Part shown: positions 11,700-24,500 of the stretch, piece after piece
How positions within the stretch are numbered: position 1 is the first letter of the stretch
How the letters are laid out: every line of letters starts with the position of its first letter
NCBI GenBank assembly: GCA_013115125.1
Contig: JABANN010000012.1
Coordinates: forward strand, 62,001 to 126,000
Length of the DNA stretch: 64,000 bases
Direction of reading: 5' to 3'
Source of the DNA: Perkinsus olseni
Lineage: Eukaryota
Translations under genes and position numbers: made by a program
Notes under the pieces: model-generated
Databases searched by the model: none
Told to the model about the DNA's origin: nothing
The model's input: only the letters and a program-made list of their open reading frames with translations

Positions 11700-12480
11700 G
11701 CTTGAGGCTCTCCGGGTGTTTTTTCATCGTCACCGTGAGCCCCCTCAGCTTACCTTACATCGAGGTATCGCCGAGCATCCAAGAAGACGATGAGCTCGCG
11801 ACACCTCCATGGCTGGTGTCATACCTTGGGCATCCATTCTACGTATATCCTCCGCACCCCAGAGGGCCCCCACTGAGATGTAGACCGAGCGACCTTGGCA
11901 CAGAGAAGGGCTGCCACATTGCAGCCAGCACACTAGAGCCATTAGGTCCCCGCCCTTGAAATAATACTACCCTTCTCGACCGTGGTAGTGCGTACTGCCT
12001 GCTCGAAAACCTCGTCTGCGAAAGCGGTGGGTGAGCCGATATACCTGACGTACGATTCTACTGGGGAGCCTAGGCACGGTGGAGCCCTGGTTACACATCC
12101 GCAGATGAGAGAAAGGTGCAGCACCACTCTCTTGCGACGTCTGGGTGGCAAACCTAAATCACCGTAACCGTGGCGATGAAACAACAAGAGCATCTGCTAC
12201 TAGTGTCCTACTTCCGCAATCAAGTCCGGCTGTGTGTCCGCAAAGTATCCGAGGTCTCTCAGCGCGCACTCGGCCGGGACTCGCCCGTCACGTATAGCAG
12301 CTTCGACCTGTGATTACGAACCGCGCCATCCCCTCCAGTCCCTCGACCATTTTAGAGTCACTATATGTAGTCATCGTCGACGGAGGAGACCATACCTTCT
12401 CGTATGATCTGTTCCACACAAAGGCCAATTCCAGTTCCGAGCTCCGCCTGATCTCCTCAACCAAGAACCTGCACTCCGCC
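11700..12480 (-). mobile_element. Possible highly decayed LTR-retrotransposon integrase remnant
   Basis: The minus strand reads GMARFVITGRSCYT*, resembling the integrase zinc-binding tail gMxxxVxxxvrsCxxC. It continues ERPRILCGHTAGLD and YIGSPTAFAD, with frames broken by stops. Confidence 0.35.
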
Positions 12481-12689
12481 CATGGCTGCTGGACAGCTGT
12501 CTGTCGTTACTCTCCCAGATGGCCGTATCCGACTATACCAATACGCCGGGGCCTACTCATAAACCACAAACACAATCAAGTCCGCTACGCAGAACACTGG
12601 GATTAACAAACGCAACAGAACGACATTGGAACAACCTCGGGTATGATCCATGCTAATCTGTGTCAAGTTGGCGCAGAAGCGCTTCGAAT

Positions 12690-14205
12690 GCACTAGGCCC
12701 CTCCTCGTACAACCAAAGTGCCGATCCTCGCCGGACGCTCTGACATTGTGCGTCGGATGGTCACCTGCGTCGTCGCAGTACTACCTCTGAATCCGTCGTC
12801 ACCCTACTACTGGCCGGAGTAGTGGCGTACTTCATACCAGCTGTGGCTGCCAGGGTCGAGTACCTTGAAACCGAGTGACGCTTGCCGCGTATAGGAGACC
12901 TTACACTCGCCCAGGTCGAGCTGTCGGCCGCGCAAAGCTGCGGTCATTCCCATTGCGCTTCCTCGCCGCTGGTCGTCGTCGTTTTGAATTAGGCCGCCGA
13001 GTTGCCTCCTCCTGCAGCTCGCGAGTCTTGATGTCCTCCGCTAAACGCCGCTCCTCTTGACGTTTGGCCCGGGCGACCGAGTCGCTGTAACTGCGCAGGC
13101 TGTTAGCAAAGGGGCGGGTCGGAGCAACTGCAGATTGCCTTACAGCCTATTGAACGTCTTCGCAAGGTCCTTTGATGAGAGCTGACGTCCTGCATGAACA
13201 GAGCACGCCTTGGTGTTGAATTGCTCCCAACACTCGTCCCTGGCTAAAGTCTTGGATACTCGAGATGGCGGAGCGAAGCGTGGATGATATCTAAACACGC
13301 CAGGGAGATTGAGCACACGCCGATCATATGGAGAAGAAGTTGGGAACGCCTAAATTTATCGTCCCAGAATTCCTACAGTCGTTCGTGGGCAGCTTCTGCT
13401 CCCTCCTGCAGAGCCAGTGGCTTCCCATTGGTTCCTCCACAAGTGGCTCGGATGTCCGCTGCTAGCTCCAACAGCTGTTTTCTGACACCACTACCCGTAT
13501 ACAGCCGTCACATCCCTGCCGGACGCCCGTACCTTTCCATTCTATCTTTCTGTCGCTCCCTCCGATCAAGAGCATCCTTATACAGGCTAGCTACTCGTGC
13601 TTGCACCTCTGCCTCCCCTAGCGGGCTCCGATCGTTCTCTTCATGATGGGCATCGTCAGCCGCGGTAACAGGGCAATGCTCATCTCCCTTAGTTAATTTA
13701 AAACATCGCGGTGTTGACAGTCGCATGCCCTTCGGCACCGTCACGATGGTCCGATATACCATCCGTCGGTCCTCCTCTTCCGCAGCCTTGATCCGCAGCC
13801 TACGACGTTCTGAGAGCTTCTCTTGCTCCCGGTACCTGAGCCCGCATCAACGCTCAGCCGTTGACCCCTATCATTCATTACAGCTTCTCCCATACGCTAG
13901 GTGTGGAAGACCTCGGCCTGGGGGAGCTCCTAAAATGATGAGGGAAGTAGTGGACCACCTAGAGAGCACGGCTGATGGTCACCCTCGTGCCATCCTGTCA
14001 ATCTCCCTCTGCCGAGCCATGAAGGCCTCTCGCCTGGCCCGCTGCCTTCCTCTGTAATCTCTGCAGCAACAAAGACGTCATGACGACACGAAGCGCGTGG
14101 CTTACTCGTAAAGGCGATTGATATGTTCAATATCGGGCCTCCTCCCACTGCCTCCGGGCTGCGCCATTTCGATGAATTCCCTGGCCTGTTCTTCTCGCTG
14201 CTCAT
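12690..14205 (-). CDS. Uncharacterised multi-exon charged/coiled-coil protein
   Basis: Short GT-AG introns separate exons such as QEKLSERRRLRIKAAEEEDRRM, VQARVASLYKDALDRRERQKDRME and KTFNRLYSDSVARAKRQEERRL. The 3' end is approximate. Confidence 0.6.
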
Positions 14206-14847
14206 CTATGTGCCTTTGCCGCGCGGCGTATCTTTCGATGCCGTCATTCGCACAAGTCAACCTTAAGATACCCTACCCGTTATAGAGCCGTTCGAATAGC
14301 TTGTCACTCTGTTTCCTTTCCATCTTGCCAGCCCACTGCTTCGACTGCCGCATACTCTCTTCCTCGGCCCGTGACCGCTCCGCAAGGTGCTTCTCGTGTT
14401 CGACTCTCCTTCGTTCTCGATGTTCCTGAATGGTCCCCGCTCCAACCTAAGATTCTCTCAGTACCCCGCATAAAGACTTACAGCTGCTCCCGCATAAAGA
14501 CGATCGAAGACCTTCCGACTCGTCATGAAGCATGCGAGAGCTTAGAAAGGTGTGGGTCACGGATTGTTCGAACTTGCACAGATTTGGGCGCGCGAGATAT
14601 CTTCGACCATCCCGAAAAATAGACAAATAGTGGCCGGCGAAACTTCGCAGTCGTGACATGCTTCGCTCCGCCGTCCCACACTTCGCAGCATGAGGCTTCC
14701 TTCTCAAGGCGTGAGTGCACTAGCTCTCATTTCACTACTCTAGCATACTCATTGCTAGACTTCTATCGGATACCACTACCCTCCGTCCCGTGTATGCCCC
14801 TAGCTTGCGACTGGAATGCTCGAGCCATTCTCAGGTGTACAATAATA

Positions 14848-17790
14848 ATGTCCTCCTCTTCTTCAACGCCCTCACCAGCAGCAGATGTGGAGGATTCCCG
14901 GCCAGCTTTAGTCGTCCCTAAAGTCAAAGCCCCACCGATATTTCCAATCTTCGAGCGATGGGCGGTTCTGGTGAGCACAAAAAGCTAGCACCTCACCGAA
15001 ATCGCAAGCTTCCCTCCTCAGGTCTTTTCTCTTGCTCTTTGCATATTCTCAGCGTGTTCTCTCTTCACACTGAATCTTTCCTGGGCGTACCAACCTAACG
15101 AGAAAGGTACCGCGGTTGCTCATCCCCCCTTAATGGCTCCGATGGCGGTCGTTTCTTCTCAGGTTACGAAGTTCCTCTAGCCAACTGCCCAGCCTTCTCA
15201 GAATCTTTCTCTATCAACCACGCCACGGCACCATCCGGTCCAACGTGCAAGTTGGAGATTATTGAGAACGGCTGGAACGAGATGGTCATGTACAACTCCA
15301 GTATCTACCCTCTTCCTAACAACACTCCCATAGACCAGTCGCTCAACAACTGCAGGATGCCTCAGAACGGGGAGCAGAACTACGAGTGCTTCCCTCAGTA
15401 CGAGTGCCATCAAGCTTGCCGTAGAGTGGACGACTCCGAAAAGTACTACCTAGGGGAGTGCCCAGATCCGGCCGTGTTACCCGAGATTGGCAACGACGTG
15501 ATGAGGCCCGGTATACCGAAATGCCAAGTCAAGTTGTCGCCTAACTCTCCTTGGGAGACGCTCTTCTGCAAAGATGTAATAATGGGAGATGGTGCGATGC
15601 TGTTTTGCAGTGAAGGCTATTGCTCAGGTCCACACCTTGTCCTACTGCTCTAGCAAGTACGACGTGACGCCCTCCAACATACTCGGTATGAGAGGCATCA
15701 TTCTTGCTGGAATGCTCATAGCCGTTATATGGTTCTTTGCGGAGTGGGTGTTGTGGTATGTCGACCTCAACCTGCGCAAGGAGAAGGCCGAGGGCATGGC
15801 CAGGATGGCTAGGGAGCTGCCTCAGAAGAGGATGTATCTGCGTCAACAAGTGGAGGGTCACTGGAAGGACGAGTACAACAACGCAGTTGCTAGCCCAGAG
15901 GACTCGGCTAGCGGCTCATCAGTGTGTGTGGTGCCAGCTATGGATGAGGAGGAGTATGAGGGTATGTCCGAGAGTGACATGAATAACTACATGTCTAGGG
16001 ACCCCGCGATGAGGTTTGAGTCCGAGACTTGGAAGCGACGACTTAGTCAGTGGAAGGCCTGCAAGGCTGCAGCAAAGCGGAGACACAGGATCCGCCAGCT
16101 CTTCTACGTGGCTGGTCTCAACATATTCTTCCTCCTCCTACTCGTCGCCACCCTTTACATTGTCCTCTATTATTCACCCCAGAACATCCTAGCCAGTAAC
16201 AGGTCTGTTGCCGATGATCTTTATGGTGAGGTTTCTATCTGGAATGCTCATTCATGGCTCGACGTGCTCATCTTCATTGATGTTCTCCTGGACACCTTTC
16301 TCTTCCTCATCGCCTGTGTCTTTGTCAAGTGGCCTCGTGCTCCCGTCTATACACGACACGTGCAAGATGTGGTAGCTAAGAAGAAGCAACATGAGGGCCG
16401 CGATGGTTCGGATCGGACCTCGGACGGCGATGTGAAGCCTCAAATGCTTTACATTGGTGAAGACGGTATTCCCTCTCCCCTCAGCGACGACTTCCTCTCC
16501 GACGGCGCTTCCAGCTCTGAGTCCGCGTCTGAGGAGACTGTGATGAAACAGACCTTGGCCTATGACTGTTGCTTGATGATTGCATGCCATCTCTCTGCGA
16601 TGACTGAGGAGCGTTACGAGACTTTCACCAGTACCTTGCGGGCTGCGCTCATGGTCTTCCCCCCTAGTCATATCTTCGTCTGTGATAACGGCGGCACCTC
16701 ACACCCTGAAGATGAGACTGAGTGGGCGACCCAGCAGGTGCATCCTGACATCAACTATGTTTATATCCCAGAAGGCAACAAGACTTTCGCCTTCTACTGG
16801 GTCAACAAGTACTGGATACCGTACCTTGCCCAGAACGGCCGAATACCCGACTTCAAGTATTCGGTCATGATTGATGATGATGTACCGCTGCCTGCGGATC
16901 TCTACATACCCCACGAACAGCTTCGAGCCAATCCCAACATAAAGGCGGTACACTTCCCCATCACAGCCACTACTCCTGACGGCAAGCCTGGTATGCTTGT
17001 GAAGATGCAGGATGTCGAGTACAAAATGGCCGCAGTACACAAGCTGTTCCAAGCGAAGATGGCTCGATCTTTGTCATGTCATGGTGCTGTGTCGCTGTGG
17101 GACCGTGAGGCCCTCGACGAGGTGCTCTACGAACATGACACAGTATTTAACGGTGAGGACATGTATATGGGTTTGACACTCTTGAGGAAGCGTGATGAGT
17201 CTACGATTATCTCCTGTGCACAGACGATCGTTCCCACTTATGCTCCTGATACTTGGCCCGTACTCTTCCGTCAGAGAGTGAAGTCCTGGGATCTTACTTC
17301 ACACAAGAAGACATTCACGTATCTCTGGGAGGTCATCAACCCCCGATCGTTCTGCCATGGGGCCTCTTTGGTTTTGAAACCGTACTTCCTCCAGGAACTA
17401 CTCTGCATTTTATTGGACTGGTTGCGCGCTTTCTTGCTCTGCGGCTTGCTATTCCGTGACTGGCTCGGTCTCATTCTAATGACTCTCGTCTTTACTGCTC
17501 TACTTTACGTGCAGGTGTTCATCTTCGAGGTCTTCGTTCTACGTGATCGACACGATCTCAGGTCAGGCGTGATTGACTTTATTCTGTTCCCTTGGTACCG
17601 GCTCCAGTCGCTGTTATTCAGAATATGCGCTTTGTGCCAGAACTTGTTGGTTTACAGCCACCAAAGAAAGAATGTTAAGATTGGTGTCCGCGAGCGCAAA
17701 ATTCATGATATCCCACCAACCCCACCACATCCTGATGTTGATTGGTTTACCGTGTGGGAAAACGACGAGCAGGATACTCGTGCGCAATAG
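14848..17790 (+). CDS. Processive family-2 glycosyltransferase (chitin/hyaluronan/cellulose synthase-like), multi-pass membrane
   Basis: The D,D,D,QxxRW-type signature appears as VCDNG, EGNK, IDDD, GED and FRQRVKSW, with flanking TM helices. There are three short 5' introns (last 15576-15627), then a 2.16-kb final exon. Confidence 0.85.
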
Positions 17791-18579
17791 TAGAGTTCGT
17801 GAATACTTGAGTCATTATTAAGTGCCAGTCAGTTGCTGGCCACAGGATGTCCTTTATGCGGAAGTTCATTGTTAGTAGATTTCATACTTTATTCGGTGAC
17901 AGCGGAGTCACGTTGTGCTTCAGCCGTTGAGGTGGTGATCGTTCCTTATGTCGTGTATCAATTTACAGTTCCCGCTTGTGATGTTACACAAGTCTCAGAG
18001 AATCTCTGCTGTTGTGTTACAAAGTTGGCCAGGATATCACGACGCGTGATCACGCTATTCGCGCGGCAAAAAATTCTACGTAGAATTGCCAAATTATCCT
18101 CAACAGTTACCAAAGAGATCTTGCAGGGGCAGCAGCTATGCTACATCCTGTAGCCTACAGGCAACCTCAGCATTCACTCGAACGCCAGTTGGCAGCTGGA
18201 CAGAGAGCGGCCAGTGGGTTTTGTCCATAGAGGGGATTGTCCCCGAGCTGCCGGATCCCTTGATGATCGAAGTTCATTGGTCCCTGCCGGGCCCAGAGCT
18301 CGCCAGTGTAGAGTCTGTAGTTTATTGACCTGACCGAGGTAGGCCAACTAAACAAGTATACTTATATCAAACGTTGAATTGCAGCGGAATCACACACTGT
18401 CGCACTTCAAAAGCAACCAAGCAGTGTAATTCAAGGCAGACGAGCAATCTTACAAATGTTAGAAGAATAGCGTCGCAGACAACTTGATCTCCTCGCGACA
18501 GAGGAGACCTCAGAAACATCCAAAATCAATCATAGTGGCACGTAACCGCGTGGATCAACCAATCGTGAAGAGTGGGTAG

Positions 18580-21500
18580 CTATTCCATCGCCCGGTCGGC
18601 AGGCAGCTGGGTGGTACCACTAGCACACGTGGGAGCAGACACCTCCGTAACCGAACCGCTGGTTGGATTGATGGCGAGGACAGACTCTGCGGACGATCGC
18701 CCTCCGCTGCCTTCACTAACCACGCCAGTGGGCACTCTATGGTCCTGTGGGCCTACCTTAGACCCTTCAAGCCCCACTGCGCTGGTAGGACTGCTCTCCA
18801 CTGCAGGTTCGGGAGTCTCTGTGCCATCGCCGGATCCTCGGCTAGCAGGTGCGCCTTCCGACTGTGAAGGCTGTACGGGTGGAGGACGATTGTCCAGAGG
18901 GCCAAGTTGATCAGGATAGGGTGGTTGATCATTCCTGTAGGCACCATATCCTGTCAGATCGGCTCCACCAATGGCAATGAGAGTCTCTGGCGATCGCAGT
19001 ATCTTCACCAGGCAGTTGTACATAACAAACTCTCGGCGCATGTCGCCGTAAACTTGCGCGATCGCGACACCACTGATGAGATCGAGCAGCTCTTGAGGGT
19101 TGGGGATTTCCGAATAAATGACTTTTTGCGAGGCGTCTTGAAACATAACACGGATGAACTGACCGATGGCATAGATAATAGTCACGTAGAAGCCCAAGAT
19201 TCCAAGAGATAAGAAGCCGCCAACCTCGTTACCGCCAAACACCTTGTCTAGAATCAGAGTGAAGCTGACACCATTGACTCCAGTGGAGACACCATTGGAG
19301 CACACCACCCCACCTTGACCGGGACAGGAATCTTCTTCAGAACTGCCCATGAGAGCGAACTGACTCCCCTGTGAACCCGTGATGGAGGAGACGAGCGAGT
19401 ACCACATAGTTGGGTCTTTGACGTAGTCGTTCCAGCTGGCCTTGTTAGTAGTTGCGATATGGATGACACTGGGCCCAAAGTTAGGGAACAGCACACTTGC
19501 CGAAGGATTCTGGATCAGAGTACTGACACTCTTTCGGAAGTCATCAAACTGGAGTGGATACTTACCCAGGGAGCAGTCCTTGCACAGGTCACCGGTAGTC
19601 CGCACCACACTAGCATCACATCCGCACAGGCTCATATCGTAGTCCCCAGAGGAGGTATAGCCAACACTATTAGAACGAGACCATGACACTGCCAGCTTGA
19701 GCTCGAGTCGCAAGTTCTCATCCAAAACATCAGGCCCAATCAGATCAGTGATAGAGCGGATTCTATTGGGACTAGCTTGAATAACCGTCGAACTGCCGAG
19801 CGGAAAAGTGATGTTCTGCACGGCCGCATCGGTACTAACACCAGGCTGCGTTTGCAGGAACTTCGTTGCGGCAGAGCCGGTGATCTGCACTGAGTGAAGG
19901 ATCGGCGACGAGTAGAGATCTTGGAATATGTAGTAGGGCGACTCACAGTCGCTGCCACAAGACTGGATATTCAAAGATACTTTCATAGACGCCTCGGTGA
20001 CATAGGCGTTCTTCGAGAAGGGTGAGAAAGTTGAGAATATCAGAATGGGCAGGACGATGATGATGACCAGGATGACTGTGAGGCAGCAGCCTGACATGCA
20101 CTTCTCCCACCAGAACTTCTTGCGCTCCGCGGGCCAGTTCTCCCGACGGTCGTCCATCTCCTGTGACACGTCCCAGAAGTTGTTATGGGCATCTTCTAGA
20201 AGAAAATACTGGGATAGGTCCAGTGAGGTCGGAGTCACTGCCCAGTCGACAGTTGTGCGGACCTCCTGGAGGAAGGGAATTACCTTGTAGGCAGAAAAGG
20301 CGTATCCAGCAAAGGTGTTCCGCACTGCATTCCACGACTTGGCTGGCCGCAGTGAGTCACGCCATACACGAGGAACACCGTCTCGCAGCTGCTTAAGTGA
20401 CACCACCAAGTACAGTACGAAGACCATGTAATAGATGGACATGGCCCAGTTCTGAATGACTGGGGTGAACGCGGAAGCGTCTCCGTGGGGGACCAGATTG
20501 ACCAGGATGGTTATGTGCAGAGCAAGCACTATAGCCAATAGCAATATGACACGGAAGATGAACCACCCCATGGCAACTCTCGTCGTTTTCCTTCTCACGG
20601 ACATTCGACAAGATTCGACGGTCGCCGTTCCACTCGCAGCGTCATCCGCTGTGAACGGAGTATCGGCCTGTGACAGATCGACATCAATGGTGCCTGTGTC
20701 GTTCATACAGCTGGCACGGTAGTAAGCCCGATCCAACACGATCAACACCAGATGGCTTATCATCAGCACAGCTAGGGATGCTGAGAATTTATTCGACTTG
20801 AGAACCCCGAGGACATCCTCGCCGCTGTCTCCAGACATCTGATGATAGGTAAGGATACACCAAATCCAAAGGAAGAGAGCCAACAGGAAAAGAGTGATGT
20901 AATAGTCGTGGCCAACCTTGTGGGCGGCAAAGGGATCCAAGTAGTAGTAAATTCTACCCAACCAGTCGGTGGAAGCACTCCCTAGTGAGTGACCCTCCTC
21001 AGTATGAGGGAACCTCAGGGTCTCATTGTTAGCGTATACCCTCTGGGAGAGCCACCGCATTCTGCGGTATCCATCGAGGAGCCTGCTGACACTGGCAAGG
21101 TCTTCTGACCAAGCAGGGACACAGCGGCCCTGTACATCCTCGTTGCACATGTATCGTGATGTAGCATAGCGAGAGAGTTCAGCATACCCGACTGAGATTA
21201 AGGGCATACCGTAAATGTCGACGAAGGACGCTATCGTTGTCGATACAGCGCTCGCGTAGTCAGAGTCGCTGGCGCTGGATGAACTGATGCTCTGATAGAC
21301 CGTATTCCCTCTGACTAGCATAGTATTCGCTATAGAGTCAGATTGGCCACCGGTTTCCGAGCTGTGTTCTGATAGCGGATCCCTCTCGGTTTCGACATCA
21401 TCCAATGAGTCCGAGCTCAGAAGTCCCAAACCCTCACGCGGCACCAGGATCGCCGCCTGCTCGTCACGAGGGTCGGCAACCTGGACGAACTCCCAGAGGC

Positions 21501-24500
21501 CGCAGAGCTGAAGAGACCACTTGTGGAAGTACAGTGCGAGGAGCAAGAGCGCATCGGCCCAAACATAGCCGATCAGCCCGGTACTGCGTTGTTTCGGCAA
21601 AGCAGACTCGCCTGTAACCTTGGCGATGCCAATCCAAACGTCCCACCCCACATCCACGTATTTCGGGCAAGAGGAAACTGTGGACATGCGGGGATTACCG
21701 TAGCCACCTTCGAAGTAGACCGGTGACGCGGCACCGCTGCCGAACCTCCAAAAGATACCGAAGTTACTATCGGTCGAGGCAGCAGCGCAAAACAAAGGTG
21801 TCTGGTAGGCCATACGAAGAACGAACCATATTGCAGTTGCTACGATGAGGACCTCCCACACCCAGCGAGGCTGCAGTGGCCATCGTGGAACGAACCATAG
21901 TGCAAATATGACCCGGACCGCGTCAAAGATGGACGTAGCCACGAGGAAGTCGAGCACGATGAACAGGTAGACAGGGAAGGCAGTGGAGGAAGCCAGATAC
22001 TTCGCAGCAACTGCCGCCAGTCCGCCGGCTCTGGTGTGCAACGTCTGCGGATCTGCTGCTCTGTAGTCTTCAAGGAACCTCACACTATTGGTACCATTCT
22101 CGAGTCTCTGGATTACCCACTGCCATACGCTAGCAAGGAGACCGGGAGGTTCCTCCTCAAAGGCCTCCTTCTGCCGCTCTGAGTAGTTCATCAGGACCTG
22201 CGATTCCTGCATTTTCCCGAGACCAAAGCGACGGGCATCGCTCAGCAGAGCCTGAGCCTCGTGCGGGTGGTTATGGCAGATCTCCAAGGCTCGTCGTGAC
22301 TCGAAATCGCTGAAGCCGTCGATTCGCAACTGCTCAGTTTCCATGGTCTCAACCTCTTGGAAGCCGGCCTTGCTGCCTCCTTGCTCCAACAGGTCAAGGC
22401 GATTACGACCGATAGACAGGCGGTTCTCAGCGGCCAGCCTGGTCGTGACGGTAACATCGAATCCTTTCTGGTTGATGTCGACGAACGTATCAACCTTCTC
22501 ACGAACTCTGCGGAGCTTAGCTGCTATCCCGCCGATGGTGCAAGTGGCTTGCCGACTCAATATGAACAGGTTGGCGTTGAACTCGTTGACGAACCGTCTG
22601 GCTTTGCCTTTCCGCGACCGAATCTCGTGAATGTACTCACTCTCGATAACATCGTAGCCGGGATTATCGTAAATCCTCAGCTGTATCACGCCAGCACACA
22701 AGGCCAGCAGCGCTGGGCCAAAACCAAAAGGGAATGGTAGAGTGATGCCACCATGAGACTTGCCGAAGCCTATCACTTGGAAGAATATTTGCAACCAGGT
22801 GAAAACATCATGCTCAACAAGGGCGCCACAACGGTCTCTGTTGTCCTGGTAAACATCTTGGAGATGGACGCACGTAGCACAGCTGATATACGATACACGA
22901 GCCGTGCCATCAACCACAGCATGAGGGTTGCAGGCATCCTGCCACACCCTGCAGGGAATGAAGGGAATTTGGTAGAACAGCTGCAGACCGAAGATGGTAG
23001 CGGCAGCGCACATGGTGATAACAACCATATGCCGGCGAGCAGCCTTCAGGTCGAAGTGGAAGCGCAGGAGGCCAATGAACATACACAGCATCACATCGGT
23101 CATGACATTGGTCTCCATAGTGTACGCAAAGGAGCTCAGGAATGTGAGCAACCACAGAACATAGATCCACAACCGCATGCCGAGAAGAGGCCATTTCCCT
23201 GAAGATCTGCTCCCAGACTTTGCAGTTCTACCGAGGGTCAAAGCTGCGTTCTGGCGAGTCAACATCGAGCTCGACCCTCTCGGTGGACCACGGTTCAAGC
23301 CGATGCGAATATTCCGGATTAACATGACGATGATCCAAAGGCACGAGAGCTCCCAGATGAGAGCTGCGCCTGGGATGGGGCCCATGACGGTGATGCTGCT
23401 CGGAACCTCCCTATAAAAGTTGAGCGCTGTATATCCGTGGAGACTTCCGGGCGCCACAAAGAACCTCTGCCAGTCATCCTCGCAAGATGCTGTGTACGCT
23501 CCGTCAGCAGCGATCAACGGCGATCCACAAAGCCAGCCGCCATCGTAACGAGGGGGGCAGTCGCTGCACCAAGGAGGGTACCACAGCCGCAGAAGCAGTT
23601 GTACGATGACACAGAGTACCAGGACAAGGCTAGTGATCACCAGCCTGGGTAATCTCGGACTGGAACCGTGCTTCATTGCTGACATCAGAGACGCTGCCAT
23701 GGCGTAGTAGATGTAGCTGTACACGTTGCTACGGGCCGCGGCTGTTATCATGAGAGCACAGGCGGCTATCGCAGGAGTGTAAAATGCCAAGGAGCTCGAC
23801 GAGATCTCCAAGGGTTTGCGACCCCATGGGGACAGACCATAGCGTGCCGTGTAGTCAATGTTCCTTTGGACAACACAGAGGATGAGGATGCCGATATTTC
23901 GACCAACACTGGCACCAGTCCAGGAGAAGCCCAACCACTGTTCCGTGTCCGCAAGGATGGAGTTCTCTGCGAATGAGAACCGAAATGCGTACTGTAAGAT
24001 GAAGAACACCGAGACCGCCAAGGACACCACCACATTGAGAGTGCCCCACCCTCGGCCAACGCACAGGATTACAGCAGCCGCAATCATGAGCACTACGCTC
24101 GCCAAAGACGTTTCAAAGGCCGAGAAAAGGAAGATGCAGTACATGACTACAGAAGGGAGGATTCTTGCTGCGTAGATCACGATAGATTCGAAAACTCGCA
24201 TCCCAAGAGACCGCGGATCTCTAGATAGGTCGACGTCCGACTCGTCTGCCTGGTCCAAGTCGTCCAGCATGAGCAACGATGACGCGAAGCGAACCATCCT
24301 CATGCAGACCACCGCAGAGAAGGCGGTCAAGGTCGTTTTCCAGATCCCCGCTGCGGTCTTGTCGATACCGAGCTCCGAAGACAGTGGATATGCTACGCTA
24401 GTGGTGAGTTCCTCGTAGATGCTGGGATATAGGGCGACGCATCGCCATCCAACCACCGCAATGCAAAAATAAGCCAGGGCGTAGTTGACAACGATGATAC

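Noticed and set aside
15589-15653. Overlapping ORFs in the GT2 gene suggesting a programmed frameshift
   Set aside because: A canonical 52-nt GT-AG intron (15576-15627) joins FCKD to VHTLSYC in frame.
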